Positions 19,985-30,137 of a stretch of DNA of 53,314 nt are shown here, piece by piece. Where the stretch lies: assembly GCA_003539755.1 (NCBI GenBank), contig DPOH01000325.1, forward strand, positions 1 through 53,314. Direction: 5' to 3'. This DNA comes from Clostridium sp. Its GTDB lineage: Bacteria > Bacillota > Clostridia > Clostridiales > Clostridiaceae. How positions within the stretch are numbered: the first letter of the stretch is position 1; the number at the start of each line of letters is the position of its first letter. A model generated the notes under the pieces. The model worked only from the letters and a program-made list of their open reading frames with translations, was not told the DNA's origin and ran no database searches. The position numbers and the translations under genes are program-made.

Positions 19985-22759
19985 ATGATTAGAAACAAAA
20001 AGCATATTAAACTTTTAAGTATTATGGCAGCAGTAATTATAGCAGGTAGTACAATAACAACTCGATGTAAAGCTTTAACTAATAGTGAAAGCGGTAAAGA
20101 TACAAATATTGAGAATGTAAATAAAGGAGAGGTTGTTTATAGCCAGTCTTTTGAAAACGATGCCGAAGGATGGGAAGCTAGAGGTGGAGATGTATCAATT
20201 GATTCATCAAAATATGAACAGGGAGCAAATTCATTAAAAATAACTAATAGACAGGAAACATGGCATGGACCAGTAAAAGATTTTACTAATATTCTTCAAA
20301 AAGGCGAAGCTTATCACTTTACAGCATATGTAATGTATGATGATGCTAAAGGAGCAGATGAGCAGAAATTTAATTTACAGTTTATAAATACAGTAAATGG
20401 AGAGCCTAAGTATGTGACAGTAGGATCGGCTACAGCTAAAAAAGGACAGTGGACAAAAATAGAAGGAGACTATAGAATTCCTGAAAGAGATATAGTTACA
20501 AATTATTCAATGGATATAGAATTTGCATATAAGTCAAAGAAAGATACAAATGAAAGTGATAAAGTTAATTTTTATATAGATGATGTTACAGTATCAAAAT
20601 GTGATATGCCTAAAAAAGATTTTCAAAGGCATTTAAAATCAATATGTGATGAATATAGAGGGTATTTCCCAATAGGAACTGAAATAAATCCAGATCAATT
20701 ATATGATGATATTCATCCAGAATTTATTGCACATCAATATAATGCAATAGTTGGTGGAAACTGCATGAAGGTAGATGCACTTCAGCCAACTGAAGGAAAC
20801 TTCTATTGGAAGGATGCTGATAATCTTCGTGATTATGCAAAAGCTCATAATATGATTTTTAGAGGCCATACTTTACTTTGGCATAGTCAGGTTCCTGACT
20901 GGTTCTTCCAAGATAAAAACGATCCAACAAAACCTGCATCTAGAGAATTATTAATGGAGAGAATGAAGACACATATTAGTACAGTAGTTAATCATTATAA
21001 AGATGATGTTGATTACTGGGATGTTGTAAATGAAGTATTATCTGATAAGGAAGGATTAAGACGTAACAATGAAAATTCAAAATGGGCATCTATAATAGGG
21101 GATGTTGATGGTGATGGATATGATGATGACTTTATAGAATTAGCTTTTAGATATGCTAAAGAAGCTAATCCAAAAGGTAAATTAATAATAAATGATTATG
21201 GATTAGAATCAAGTACAAGAAAAACAGATGAAATGTATAATCTTGTGAAGAGATTATTACAAAAAGGCGTTCCTATTGATGGAATAGGCTTACAAATGCA
21301 TGTATCTATGTATAGTCCAGATTCTAAAACTGTAAAACAAAATATGGATAAGCTAGCAAGTTTAAAGCAATTTAAAAAGGATGGAAATTTTGTACTTCAA
21401 GTAACTGAGTTAGATATGTCTATGTATAGTGGATCTGGTGAGCAGATGAAAGAACCAACAAAGGAAATTACAGCTCAACAGGCTGCTCAATATAAGAGAT
21501 TATTTGATGTATTTAAAGAAGAAAGAAAGCAAGGAAACTTAGATTTAGTTATGTTTTGGGGAAATTCTGATGATGATACATGGTTAGATAATTTTCCAGT
21601 ATCTAATAGATTAGATTCACCACTTATTTTTGATAGGAATCTACAAGCAAAATCATCATATTATTCTTTAGTTGATCCTTCAAAAGCGGATATATATAGA
21701 CAGTCTGTAAAGGCTATAAATCAAACTATAGAGATTGGAGATAATATCGATAGTAAATGGTCTATGACTAAAGCCTTTGATGCAAATACATTTGTAAATA
21801 ATACTAATGGTGCCACAGCTAAAGTTAAAACTATGTGGGATAAAGATAATTTATATGTTTTAACTGATGTTGATGATAAAACTGTAAGTAATGATGATTC
21901 AATAACTTTATATATCGATAATGGTGATGGAAAAGAAATACAATATATTTCAAAGAGGGATTCTAATACCCAAAATTCAATATCAAAATCTAATGAAAAT
22001 GGATATGAAGTTCAATGGAAACTTCCATTAAAGGATATTAAAGATTTTAAGACTGAAGTAGGAAGTAAAATAGGATTTGATATTAAAATAGAAGATAATG
22101 ATAGTAATGGAAACTTAAATTCAATTGCAGTATGGAATGATTATTCTAGTAATAAACCAGAATTAAATAAATTTGGAGAAATACAATTAGATGGTCAAGT
22201 AAAATATATTGAAGCTAAAAGGGGAACTCCCAATATTGATGCTGAGATTGATGATGTATGGAATGATGCTAAAGCATTTAATACTGATTTAAATGTAGAA
22301 GGTACAAATACAGCAAAAGCAAAAGTAAGGACATTGTGGGATGAAAATTATCTTTATGCATTATTCCAGGTTAAGGATAATGAATTAGATAAAGCTAGTG
22401 ATAAAGACCATGAACAGGACTCTATAGAAGCATTTATTGATGAGAATAATGCTAGAACACCATCATATGATGGCGATGATGCTCAGTATAGAGTAAACTA
22501 TGAAAATAAGCAAACTGGTGGCGGAAATATAAATATGGATAAGTTTAAATCAGCAACTAAGCTTACTGATGATGGATATATTGTAGAAATAGCTATTCCA
22601 TTACAGAATAAAGGTCATGTAAACCAATTTATAGGATTTGATGGACAAGTTAATGATGCTAAAGGCGGCAAGAGAGTAGGAGTTACTATGTGGTCTGATC
22701 CAACAGGAATGACATGGTCAACAATGAGTAATATTGGAAATATTAAATTAGTTGAATAA
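19985..22759 (+). CDS. Secreted modular endo-1,4-beta-xylanase (CBM22-like, GH10, 2x CBM9)
   Basis: Signal peptide; RGHTLLWHSQ, WDVVNE, GIGLQMH, VTELD; two KTMWD/RTLWD...LY CBM9-type repeats. Confidence 0.92.
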   Translation: MIRNKKHIKLLSIMAAVIIAGSTITTRCKALTNSESGKDTNIENVNKGEVVYSQSFENDAEGWEARGGDVSIDSSKYEQGANSLKITNRQETWHGPVKDFTNILQKGEAYHFTAYVMYDDAKGADEQKFNLQFINTVNGEPKYVTVGSATAKKGQWTKIEGDYRIPERDIVTNYSMDIEFAYKSKKDTNESDKVNFYIDDVTVSKCDMPKKDFQRHLKSICDEYRGYFPIGTEINPDQLYDDIHPEFIAHQYNAIVGGNCMKVDALQPTEGNFYWKDADNLRDYAKAHNMIFRGHTLLWHSQVPDWFFQDKNDPTKPASRELLMERMKTHISTVVNHYKDDVDYWDVVNEVLSDKEGLRRNNENSKWASIIGDVDGDGYDDDFIELAFRYAKEANPKGKLIINDYGLESSTRKTDEMYNLVKRLLQKGVPIDGIGLQMHVSMYSPDSKTVKQNMDKLASLKQFKKDGNFVLQVTELDMSMYSGSGEQMKEPTKEITAQQAAQYKRLFDVFKEERKQGNLDLVMFWGNSDDDTWLDNFPVSNRLDSPLIFDRNLQAKSSYYSLVDPSKADIYRQSVKAINQTIEIGDNIDSKWSMTKAFDANTFVNNTNGATAKVKTMWDKDNLYVLTDVDDKTVSNDDSITLYIDNGDGKEIQYISKRDSNTQNSISKSNENGYEVQWKLPLKDIKDFKTEVGSKIGFDIKIEDNDSNGNLNSIAVWNDYSSNKPELNKFGEIQLDGQVKYIEAKRGTPNIDAEIDDVWNDAKAFNTDLNVEGTNTAKAKVRTLWDENYLYALFQVKDNELDKASDKDHEQDSIEAFIDENNARTPSYDGDDAQYRVNYENKQTGGGNINMDKFKSATKLTDDGYIVEIAIPLQNKGHVNQFIGFDGQVNDAKGGKRVGVTMWSDPTGMTWSTMSNIGNIKLVE

Positions 22760-22772
22760 TTTTAGAAGAAAT

Positions 22773-22806
22773 AAAAATGGAGTTAGGTATACTAGCTCCA
22801 TTTTTT
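22773..22806. terminator. Intrinsic terminator between convergent genes
   Basis: AAAAATGGAGTTAG-gtata-CTAGCTCCATTTTTT. Confidence 0.75.
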
Positions 22807-22892
22807 GCTTTTGCGATTTTACCATTCCTATTAATGGCAACGGTAAATAGTCCACTAAATTTGTACTATTTATTCTAAGTATATTAATATAA

Positions 22893-23567
22893 TTACATAT
22901 TTTTTATTGACTCTTTACCCATTCTAGCTAATTCTTTCACTCTGTAAGATGAATTTGTATTGACTATAGTTTTTGAAAACCATACTAGTGCCTCATCATA
23001 ATTTCCCATTCGCCTATTAAGTTCCCCAAGGAGATACATCATGGAATCACGTTGCAGTCCGTATATAGGAAATATTTCTTTTGTATAAGCTTCTGTAAAT
23101 GCATTAAGAGCTTGCCCTAAAAATGCATTTTCTTGAGCTTCATTTCCAAGTAATCTAAACATCCATGCAATCTTTAATGAAATCATAGCTTTAGTACTTT
23201 CTGGTGCATCTGTAAGGATTGCATTTAGAAGTGCAATCTTATATCTTTCAATTGCTAATTTTTCATCTAATATATCTGGATAAACTCTAGCCTGCCATTT
23301 AGGTGTTATATTGCTCATAACTAATTCTTTTCTATAAGTTCTTATTTCATCAAAATCTGATTTTAGTGCAGAATAGCCACAAGAATTACAAATCCATACA
23401 TCATAAAAATAAGGATTTATTTTAGGTGAATATCGTATAAAAAAATCAGAATCCTTAGAGACGATTCTTGCAGATTTTGATTTTACTACTTTAGTTTTAA
23501 ATGTAGAACTGCAGACTGGGCAAGTTACATTTTTATCAAATAAATTATTTAAAGTTTCATTGTACAT
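22893..23567 (-). CDS. DUF2225-family Zn-ribbon/TPR-like protein
   Basis: CPVC...DSDF...CNSCGY, helical C-terminus (YLLGELNRRMG). Confidence 0.8.
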   Translation of the reverse strand: MYNETLNNLFDKNVTCPVCSSTFKTKVVKSKSARIVSKDSDFFIRYSPKINPYFYDVWICNSCGYSALKSDFDEIRTYRKELVMSNITPKWQARVYPDILDEKLAIERYKIALLNAILTDAPESTKAMISLKIAWMFRLLGNEAQENAFLGQALNAFTEAYTKEIFPIYGLQRDSMMYLLGELNRRMGNYDEALVWFSKTIVNTNSSYRVKELARMGKESIKNM

Positions 23568-23722
23568 TATAATTACCTCAGTAAAGTTATATCAAATATA
23601 AATAATTATAGCACAACTTAGAATACTAAATAATTATTATTAAGTAAATATTAATAGGATTACACATAGTTTGAAGTTTTTGATATAATAAATATAGAAT
23701 AATGTTATAAAGGATGGTATCT

Positions 23723-24514
23723 ATGGCAATTAATGATTGGAAAAATTTTTTGATGCCTTATGAACAAGCAGTTGATGAACTAAAGGTTAAATTGAGGTCT
23801 ATTAGAAAAGAATATAGAAGAAAAAATGAGTATTCGCCAATTGAGTTTGTAACTGGAAGGGTTAAAGAGGTTTCAAGTATGCTTGAAAAGGCTAATAAAT
23901 TTGAAATACCTTTAGAAAGAGTAAGGTATGAACTTGAAGATATTGCTGGAATAAGAATTATGTGCCAGTTTGTAGATGATATAGATACAGTAGTTGAGCT
24001 ACTTAGAGGTAGAAAAGATATGCAAATTCTTTATGAAAAGGATTATGTGAGAAATGTAAAGGAAAGTGGATATAGAAGTTATCATATGATAATAAAATAT
24101 CCAGTTAATATGGCAGAAGGGCCAGTTGAAATACTAGCAGAATTTCAGATAAGAACATTAGCTATGAATTTCTGGGCCACAATAGAACATTCCCTTAATT
24201 ATAAATATAAACAACATATACCTGAAAAATTAAAAGAAAAACTTAAGCGTTCTGCAGATGCAGCATTTAGATTAGATGAAGAAATGTTAGAAATAAAGGA
24301 TGAAATAAAAGATGCTCAAAAGTTATTTGAAGTAAAATCCCATATTATATCTAATATAATGAATTCATTGTTAACATTAATGTCATTAGGTAAAGGAGCA
24401 GAAGCTGCAAGGTATCAAAAAACATTAAATAAGTTAATAGAAGAAGGAGAAGTATGGGAACTTAATAGTCTTCTATTTTCAGTTAAAAGAGAAATTGAAA
24501 AATATCAGGATTAA
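23723..24514 (+). CDS. Small alarmone synthetase (RelQ/YjbM-like GTP pyrophosphokinase)
   Basis: GRVK, DIAGIRI, SGYRSYH, EFQIRT, WATIEH; alternative start at 23714. Confidence 0.9.
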   Translation: MAINDWKNFLMPYEQAVDELKVKLRSIRKEYRRKNEYSPIEFVTGRVKEVSSMLEKANKFEIPLERVRYELEDIAGIRIMCQFVDDIDTVVELLRGRKDMQILYEKDYVRNVKESGYRSYHMIIKYPVNMAEGPVEILAEFQIRTLAMNFWATIEHSLNYKYKQHIPEKLKEKLKRSADAAFRLDEEMLEIKDEIKDAQKLFEVKSHIISNIMNSLLTLMSLGKGAEAARYQKTLNKLIEEGEVWELNSLLFSVKREIEKYQD

Positions 24515-24518
24515 TTAT

Positions 24519-24557
24519 AAATCTATGTTTAAGTTATATTTAAGCATAGATTTTTTT
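24519..24557 (+). terminator. Intrinsic terminator
   Basis: AAATCTATGTTTAA...TTAAGCATAGATTTTTTT. Confidence 0.7.
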
Positions 24558-24626
24558 ATATATTAATGATAATATATAAAGTTAACATAAAATATTAGAA
24601 AAAGAAATAATTATGGAGGAAGCATA

Positions 24627-25406
24627 ATGGATAATAAGGAAATTTTAAATAAGTTAAAGAATAATCCATCATATATAAAGGAAATTGATTATGATAATGA
24701 TGAATTAAATTTATATATTGTAAGAAATAATGGAACTAATATTAAATATATAAATAATCCTAGTAAAGAGGTACAAATAGAAGCTGTTAAAAATACACCA
24801 TTTGCAGTTAAGTATATAAAGAATATAAATGAAGAAGTAGCAATTATGTGCGTAAAAAGTTCATGGAACACTTTAGAGTTTATTAATGAACCATCAGAGA
24901 AAGTTATAGAAGAAGCTGTAAAGACAAAGGGATGGGCTATACAATTTGTAAAAAATCCAAGTGAAAAGCTTAAACTCATAGCGGTAGAAAAGGATTATGA
25001 TGCAATAAAATACATAGAAGATCCATCGGAAGAGGTGCAGATAAAAGCAATAAACAATTATTATGCAGCTATTAAATTTATAAAAAAACCTACTTTAAAG
25101 GCAAAATTAGAAGCAGTAAAATTTAGTGGTGAAGCTATTAATTATATATCAAGTTTTGATTTAGATGAAGTAAGAATGTTTATTAAAGAAAATATAAATG
25201 TTGTTAAATATATTTATGAAAGTATAGAGCCAGACTTGGTAGTTGAAGTGCTTATTGAAAAATTTAAAGAAGATGATTTTGATTATAAATATATGGAAGA
25301 TTTTTTAGAACTTGAAATTTTAGAAATGGATAAGATAGATTTTGTAAGAGAATATGGAAGCAGAAAGGCTAAAAAAATATTATTAGATTATAAGTTATCG
25401 ATGTAG
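24627..25406 (+). CDS. Hypothetical protein with about 7 tandem 22-aa repeats (DUF4116-like)
   Basis: Consecutive units such as IKYINNPSKEVQIEAVKNTPFA and IKYIEDPSEEVQIKAINNYYAA; GGAGG RBS. Confidence 0.75.
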   Translation: MDNKEILNKLKNNPSYIKEIDYDNDELNLYIVRNNGTNIKYINNPSKEVQIEAVKNTPFAVKYIKNINEEVAIMCVKSSWNTLEFINEPSEKVIEEAVKTKGWAIQFVKNPSEKLKLIAVEKDYDAIKYIEDPSEEVQIKAINNYYAAIKFIKKPTLKAKLEAVKFSGEAINYISSFDLDEVRMFIKENINVVKYIYESIEPDLVVEVLIEKFKEDDFDYKYMEDFLELEILEMDKIDFVREYGSRKAKKILLDYKLSM

Positions 25407-25467
25407 ATTTATAGAATGTGTAAAAAATATATAGATACACTTATTGAAAACTAGAAGAGGTGGAATA

Positions 25468-26550
25468 ATGAATTATTCAGAATGTTTAAATACAGTGGAT
25501 TTATTAATGGAGACAAATGATGTTCCATTAATAATAGGAGAAAGTGGAATTGGAAAGACATCATTAGTAAAAAAAATTGCTAAAAACAGGGGATATTATC
25601 TTGTTACAATAGATGCAAATTTATTGAAAGAAGGGGAAATAGGAGGACTTCCTGTAGTACATAATAATACTACTGTATATGCAGTACATCATAAATTAGT
25701 TGAGATAGAAAATGCTTTAAGCAAGAAAAATGCTGAAAGAGTAATACTTTTTATTGATGAATTAAATAGATGTGATCATGCAGTAGCACAAGAGCTGATG
25801 AATTTGATTTTAAACAGAGAAATAAATGGGTATGTTTTAAGTGAGAAAGTAAATGTAATTGCAGCTATGAATCCTTCCAATAAAAATGATGGTTTTTCTA
25901 ATAGCCAGTATGAAGTTGTAGATATGGATCCAGCACAGGAGGATAGATTTGTATGGATTGAGCTTGATTCTGATATAAAAGAATGGGCAAAGTGGGGAAT
26001 GAGTAGTGATGGAAATATACATGAGCATATTATAGAATTTTTATCCTCATTTCCAGAATATCTTCACACTCCAGACTCAGAAGATACAATAAAAGCTACA
26101 CCAAGAAGCTGGGAAAGGGTTTCAAAAGCATATAAGGTATACTTGAATAATAAAGAAAAGTATTCGTTTGATACATTCTTAAATGTAGTAAAAGGAAATG
26201 TAGGAATAAATATCTGTAATGACTTTGCTAATTTTTTAATACATTTGAAAAGACCTTTAATCAATGTTGAAGATATTTATTCAAATGAAATATTTAGTAT
26301 GGAATTAAAAGAAAAAATAGAAAAAGAAAATCATTCGAGATTATATATTTTAGCTGAAAATGCAATTAAATATTTAGAAGAAAATATATCTGAAAAGAAC
26401 TTGAATTTATTTTCAGAGTTTTTAAATGTTTATCCTAGAGATTTAAGGCTTGGAATTATGAAGGAGATAAAAAGAGATCATAGAGATGGGCTATATGAAA
26501 AACTTTTAGATAATGATAAGTTTATTGATGCATTTTTTAATATATTTTAA
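25468..26550 (+). CDS. MoxR-like/AAA_5 ATPase
   Basis: Walker A GESGIGKT, Walker B LFIDELNR, AAMNP, DPAQEDRF, TPRSW; ATG follows GAGGTGG. Confidence 0.88.
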   Translation: MNYSECLNTVDLLMETNDVPLIIGESGIGKTSLVKKIAKNRGYYLVTIDANLLKEGEIGGLPVVHNNTTVYAVHHKLVEIENALSKKNAERVILFIDELNRCDHAVAQELMNLILNREINGYVLSEKVNVIAAMNPSNKNDGFSNSQYEVVDMDPAQEDRFVWIELDSDIKEWAKWGMSSDGNIHEHIIEFLSSFPEYLHTPDSEDTIKATPRSWERVSKAYKVYLNNKEKYSFDTFLNVVKGNVGINICNDFANFLIHLKRPLINVEDIYSNEIFSMELKEKIEKENHSRLYILAENAIKYLEENISEKNLNLFSEFLNVYPRDLRLGIMKEIKRDHRDGLYEKLLDNDKFIDAFFNIF

Positions 26551-26571
26551 TATTCAGGTGGTGAGCTATAG

Positions 26572-27906
26572 ATGGATTTTGATGGAAAAAGAGAACAGCT
26601 TTTAAAAGAAGCCTATAATATTGAAAAAAATCAGATATTTAGCCAAGATTATAAAAGAAGATTTTTTAGTTTAATACAAGATGTAATATTATTCTTGCTA
26701 GAAAAGGATGATTCTTTCTTTGGACAGTTTATGCTAAAAATTAAAAGAAATATAAAAATAGATATTAAAGTTCCTGTAGCTACAATACCTAAGAGAGATG
26801 GATTTAATATGTATTTTAATCCATATCTTTTTTTACAATGCAGTAAGAAGGAAATGGCAGCAATTTTGAAGCATGAAATATATCATATTATTAATTCACA
26901 TTTTTATAGAGAAAGAGAACTTAAAAAAAGATTTAACAAAGAAGCAGTAAGTGTAGCTATGGATATAGCTATTAATCAGTATATAAAAGATCTTCCACTA
27001 TACTACAGGAAATTAGATAATGTAAATATGGAATATAATCTTGATTTAAAAGAAAATAGAAGCATAGAAGAATATGCAGAAAAAATATACGAATCGATTA
27101 AATCAAGAATAAAGAAAAATGATAAGTCTTATGAAGATAGTAATGATCATGAAATTGATATGACAGAATCCCATGAGATATGGGATAAAATAGATTTAAA
27201 AGAAGAAGATATAAAAAGCTTAACTAAAAAAACTGCAATAAGTTCATATAATAAAAATGCACCAGAAGGAATTGAAAAAATTATTTTATCATATAGCAAA
27301 AAACCAGAAATACCATGGCAGAAGGTTTTGAAGAACTTGTTGCCATCTGTTAAATATGGATATAAAAAAACTACTACAAGAAGAAATAGAAGACAACCGG
27401 AAAGAATGGAACTTAGAGGATTGCTTCCGAAATTTGAAACAGAGATTGTAGTGGCAATTGATATAAGTGCAAGTATTAAAGAGAACGACTTAAGAAAAAT
27501 ACTAATAGAAATTTTATCTATTACTGCAAATACAAAAAATAAAATTACTGTAATTGAATGTGACAATGAAATAAGACGTGTATATAAATTAAGAAGTGAA
27601 AGAGATATACTAAAAAGAAGTTCTGATAATGGATCAACTAAATTTTCTCCAGTATTTAAATATATGGTCGAAAATAATATTAGAAACTCTATATTGATTT
27701 ATTTTACAGATGGAGTTGGAGAGAAAGAGCTTGAAATAAAACCTATAAATAAAAAAACAATATGGGTTATATCTGGTAATGAGGAATTGTCATTAAAGGA
27801 GTCATATGGAGAAGTTAAACATATAAATGCAGAAGAACATGAAGTATTAGGAGGAAATACAGCACTGCAAATGCTCAATGAAGTTATACATGATTGGGCA
27901 AGATAA
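26572..27906 (+). CDS. DUF2201-type metallopeptidase-like plus vWA domain protein
   Basis: HEIYH (HExxH), DIAINQ, MIDAS DISAS, GSTKF, YFTDG. Confidence 0.85.
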   Translation: MDFDGKREQLLKEAYNIEKNQIFSQDYKRRFFSLIQDVILFLLEKDDSFFGQFMLKIKRNIKIDIKVPVATIPKRDGFNMYFNPYLFLQCSKKEMAAILKHEIYHIINSHFYRERELKKRFNKEAVSVAMDIAINQYIKDLPLYYRKLDNVNMEYNLDLKENRSIEEYAEKIYESIKSRIKKNDKSYEDSNDHEIDMTESHEIWDKIDLKEEDIKSLTKKTAISSYNKNAPEGIEKIILSYSKKPEIPWQKVLKNLLPSVKYGYKKTTTRRNRRQPERMELRGLLPKFETEIVVAIDISASIKENDLRKILIEILSITANTKNKITVIECDNEIRRVYKLRSERDILKRSSDNGSTKFSPVFKYMVENNIRNSILIYFTDGVGEKELEIKPINKKTIWVISGNEELSLKESYGEVKHINAEEHEVLGGNTALQMLNEVIHDWAR

Positions 27907-27976
27907 AGCTGAAGATAAAATATGCAAAGACAACTTAGTATGATAAAATATATGAGACAAAAGGGGGAGTTACTGC

Positions 27977-28639
27977 TTGTGGAAAAAATTTAAAAAGTCT
28001 GATATCATTGTTGGATTAATATGCATATTGATTTTTAGCTTAGCTATAAATATATATAGCATATATAAAATTGAAAATTATAAATATAGAATTGGACAGG
28101 AATCATATATTAGAATTCAAGATATAAAGCAAAGAAACGAAAGTAATATGGAAATATTAAATAAAAGTAGCGATAGTAAAAATATAAGAAATGAAGAAAT
28201 ATTGAAATTATATAAGAATTATGATGTAATGTCTTCTGATATTATTGAATTATGGCAGCAATATAGTGAGTACAAAGATAATTCCATTACCTTATTATCA
28301 AAAAGAATTGAGACAGATAAAATAATTCAAAATGATATTAATGGAAAGATAAAAGAGTATATATATTCAACATTAACAAAAGAAATGAAGAACGAAAAAA
28401 GTAAACTTATATTAAAAGATGATAATTTAATGTGTTTTGAGGCTATGGATGAAATGTCTAAAAAGATATATGATTATTTTAATGAGTTTGAGGCTGAAAA
28501 GTTAAAAGGATGTTCGGATAAAGATAAGGAAAAGAAGATAATTAAAAATAATTATTGGATTGATATGTTGAATGGAATATATTGTATAAGTGACGATTAT
28601 GCAGACATGCAATGGAATATTGAATCTGCAGAAAATTAG
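27977..28639 (+). CDS. Hypothetical membrane-anchored protein
   Basis: TTG start with GGGGGAG RBS; one N-terminal hydrophobic helix. Confidence 0.7.
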   Translation: MWKKFKKSDIIVGLICILIFSLAINIYSIYKIENYKYRIGQESYIRIQDIKQRNESNMEILNKSSDSKNIRNEEILKLYKNYDVMSSDIIELWQQYSEYKDNSITLLSKRIETDKIIQNDINGKIKEYIYSTLTKEMKNEKSKLILKDDNLMCFEAMDEMSKKIYDYFNEFEAEKLKGCSDKDKEKKIIKNNYWIDMLNGIYCISDDYADMQWNIESAEN

Positions 28640-28645
28640 AATAAT

Positions 28646-28688
28646 AAAAAAAGCTGCTGAATAAATTAATATACAGCAGCTTTTTTAT
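28646..28688. terminator. Bidirectional terminator
   Basis: AAAAAAGCTGCTG...CAGCAGCTTTTTT between convergent genes. Confidence 0.8.
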
Positions 28689-28722
28689 GAATAAATTATA
28701 TTATTTAATGATTAGCGTAGTA

Positions 28723-29052
28723 TTAGTGGCATCCGCTACAAGAACCACCACAGCCACCTTCTGGAGCTATTACTGGTTTTAAGCTTAATCCGTTACCTTC
28801 ATTTTCTTCAGAAGATAATATGATGAATCCACCAAATTGTTCTATTAATGATTTTTCAACGATAAAGTTTATGTCATTAACAGTTTCAACTTCATCAGCA
28901 TCAGTTCCTTCTGAGATTGATATGTTAAATATTGGACCGCTACATGCATAACCAGCAAAATTTATTCTAATATTGAAATCAGTTATTTTATTTTCTTCTA
29001 AAAAAGCTTTGAATTCATCATAAGCTTCTTGGCTTATAGTAATATTCTTCAT
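28723..29052 (-). CDS. HesB-like protein (Cys-containing)
   Basis: ITISQEAY...IRINFAGYACSGP, C-terminal GGCGGSCSGCH; ATG 29052 preceded by AGGTG. Confidence 0.75.
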   Translation of the reverse strand: MKNITISQEAYDEFKAFLEENKITDFNIRINFAGYACSGPIFNISISEGTDADEVETVNDINFIVEKSLIEQFGGFIILSSEENEGNGLSLKPVIAPEGGCGGSCSGCH

Positions 29053-29289
29053 AAAAACACCTACTTTATATAAATTCAATGACAATGTCACTTATTTTAG
29101 TATATCATATGATTTGAAAAATATCAAAGCATTTTAGTCGGATTTAATTAGTGGTAAAATATATTATATAAATGGATAAAGTATAAATTATTAGAAAAAT
29201 TACACAGAATATATATGTATGTTATAATTGATAATTAGGAAATATAGAAATTGTAAGCATAAGAAAGATTAATAAAGGAGCAATTATTT

Positions 29290-30039
29290 ATGAAACCGTA
29301 TAATAAGGACTTCTTATTCAAAGAAATAGATAAGTATAGAGATATAATATGTGAAAGAAGTTGTGGAAATTTTAAAATTGTAAAAAGCAGCATACCAAAA
29401 GCGAAACTTAAAGGGTATATGTACAATGAAAAAGAAAAGTATGATATGGATGTTGTTGAGCTTCAAGAAAATGAAAAATGCCTGATGAAATTAGATCTTA
29501 GAGAAATTCAAGGAGACTATGAAGCTATAAACTTTGCAAAAGGTAAAGTTGGAATTGTAGGACTTGGACTAGGATATACTGCACAGGAAATTGCGTGTAA
29601 AAGTAATGTTGAAGAAGTAGTAGTTTATGAAATAAGCAGTGAAATAATACAAATGTATAATGAAAATTTTGAGAAGAATGATAAAATTAAAATTATTCAA
29701 GGTGATGCATTTAAAGCAGAAAGAGAAACATTTGATTTTTTCTTTGTTGACATATACAACTATAAGTTAACTTCTAAGGTTGTTGAAGATTATAAGAAAT
29801 TTAATGAAATACATAATATTGAAGAGTATTCATTTTGGGGAATGGAACACTTTTTATTAAGCTGTAGTTATGAGGAATTGTTATGGATATTTATACCTGA
29901 GAACTGGGTTGCAATGTGCAAAAATTTATATGAAAAGCTAGAGTCATCTGGGTATATTGAATACTATAAACCACTAGGAGAAAAGAAGGTAAGTAGGATA
30001 CTTGCAAAATTTAAAGAAGTATTAAATGCAGATTATTAA
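29290..30039 (+). CDS. Class I SAM-binding fold protein (methyltransferase/spermidine synthase-like)
   Basis: VGIVGLGLGY, VVVYEIS, IIQGDAF, FDFFFVDIY. Confidence 0.65.
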   Translation: MKPYNKDFLFKEIDKYRDIICERSCGNFKIVKSSIPKAKLKGYMYNEKEKYDMDVVELQENEKCLMKLDLREIQGDYEAINFAKGKVGIVGLGLGYTAQEIACKSNVEEVVVYEISSEIIQMYNENFEKNDKIKIIQGDAFKAERETFDFFFVDIYNYKLTSKVVEDYKKFNEIHNIEEYSFWGMEHFLLSCSYEELLWIFIPENWVAMCKNLYEKLESSGYIEYYKPLGEKKVSRILAKFKEVLNADY

Positions 30040-30074
30040 AAGTTTTAAGGTACATATAAAATTTTGAAGATAAT

Positions 30075-30121
30075 AAAAGAAGCTAGTATGAGAAGATTTT
30101 TCTTGTATTAGCTTCTTTTTT
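30075..30121. terminator. Bidirectional terminator
   Basis: AAAAGAAGCTAGTATGAGAA...TTCTTGTATTAGCTTCTTTTT. Confidence 0.75.
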
Positions 30122-30137
30122 ATTTTAAGCTATTTTA

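Noticed and set aside
23723-24514. Toxic small alarmone synthetase (toxSAS) forming a defence system with the downstream genes
   Set aside because: It looks like a housekeeping RelQ/YjbM-type protein and has its own terminator separating it from the next cluster.
28723-29052. HesB-like selenoprotein
   Set aside because: The ORF has Cys (YACSGP) and no in-frame TGA.
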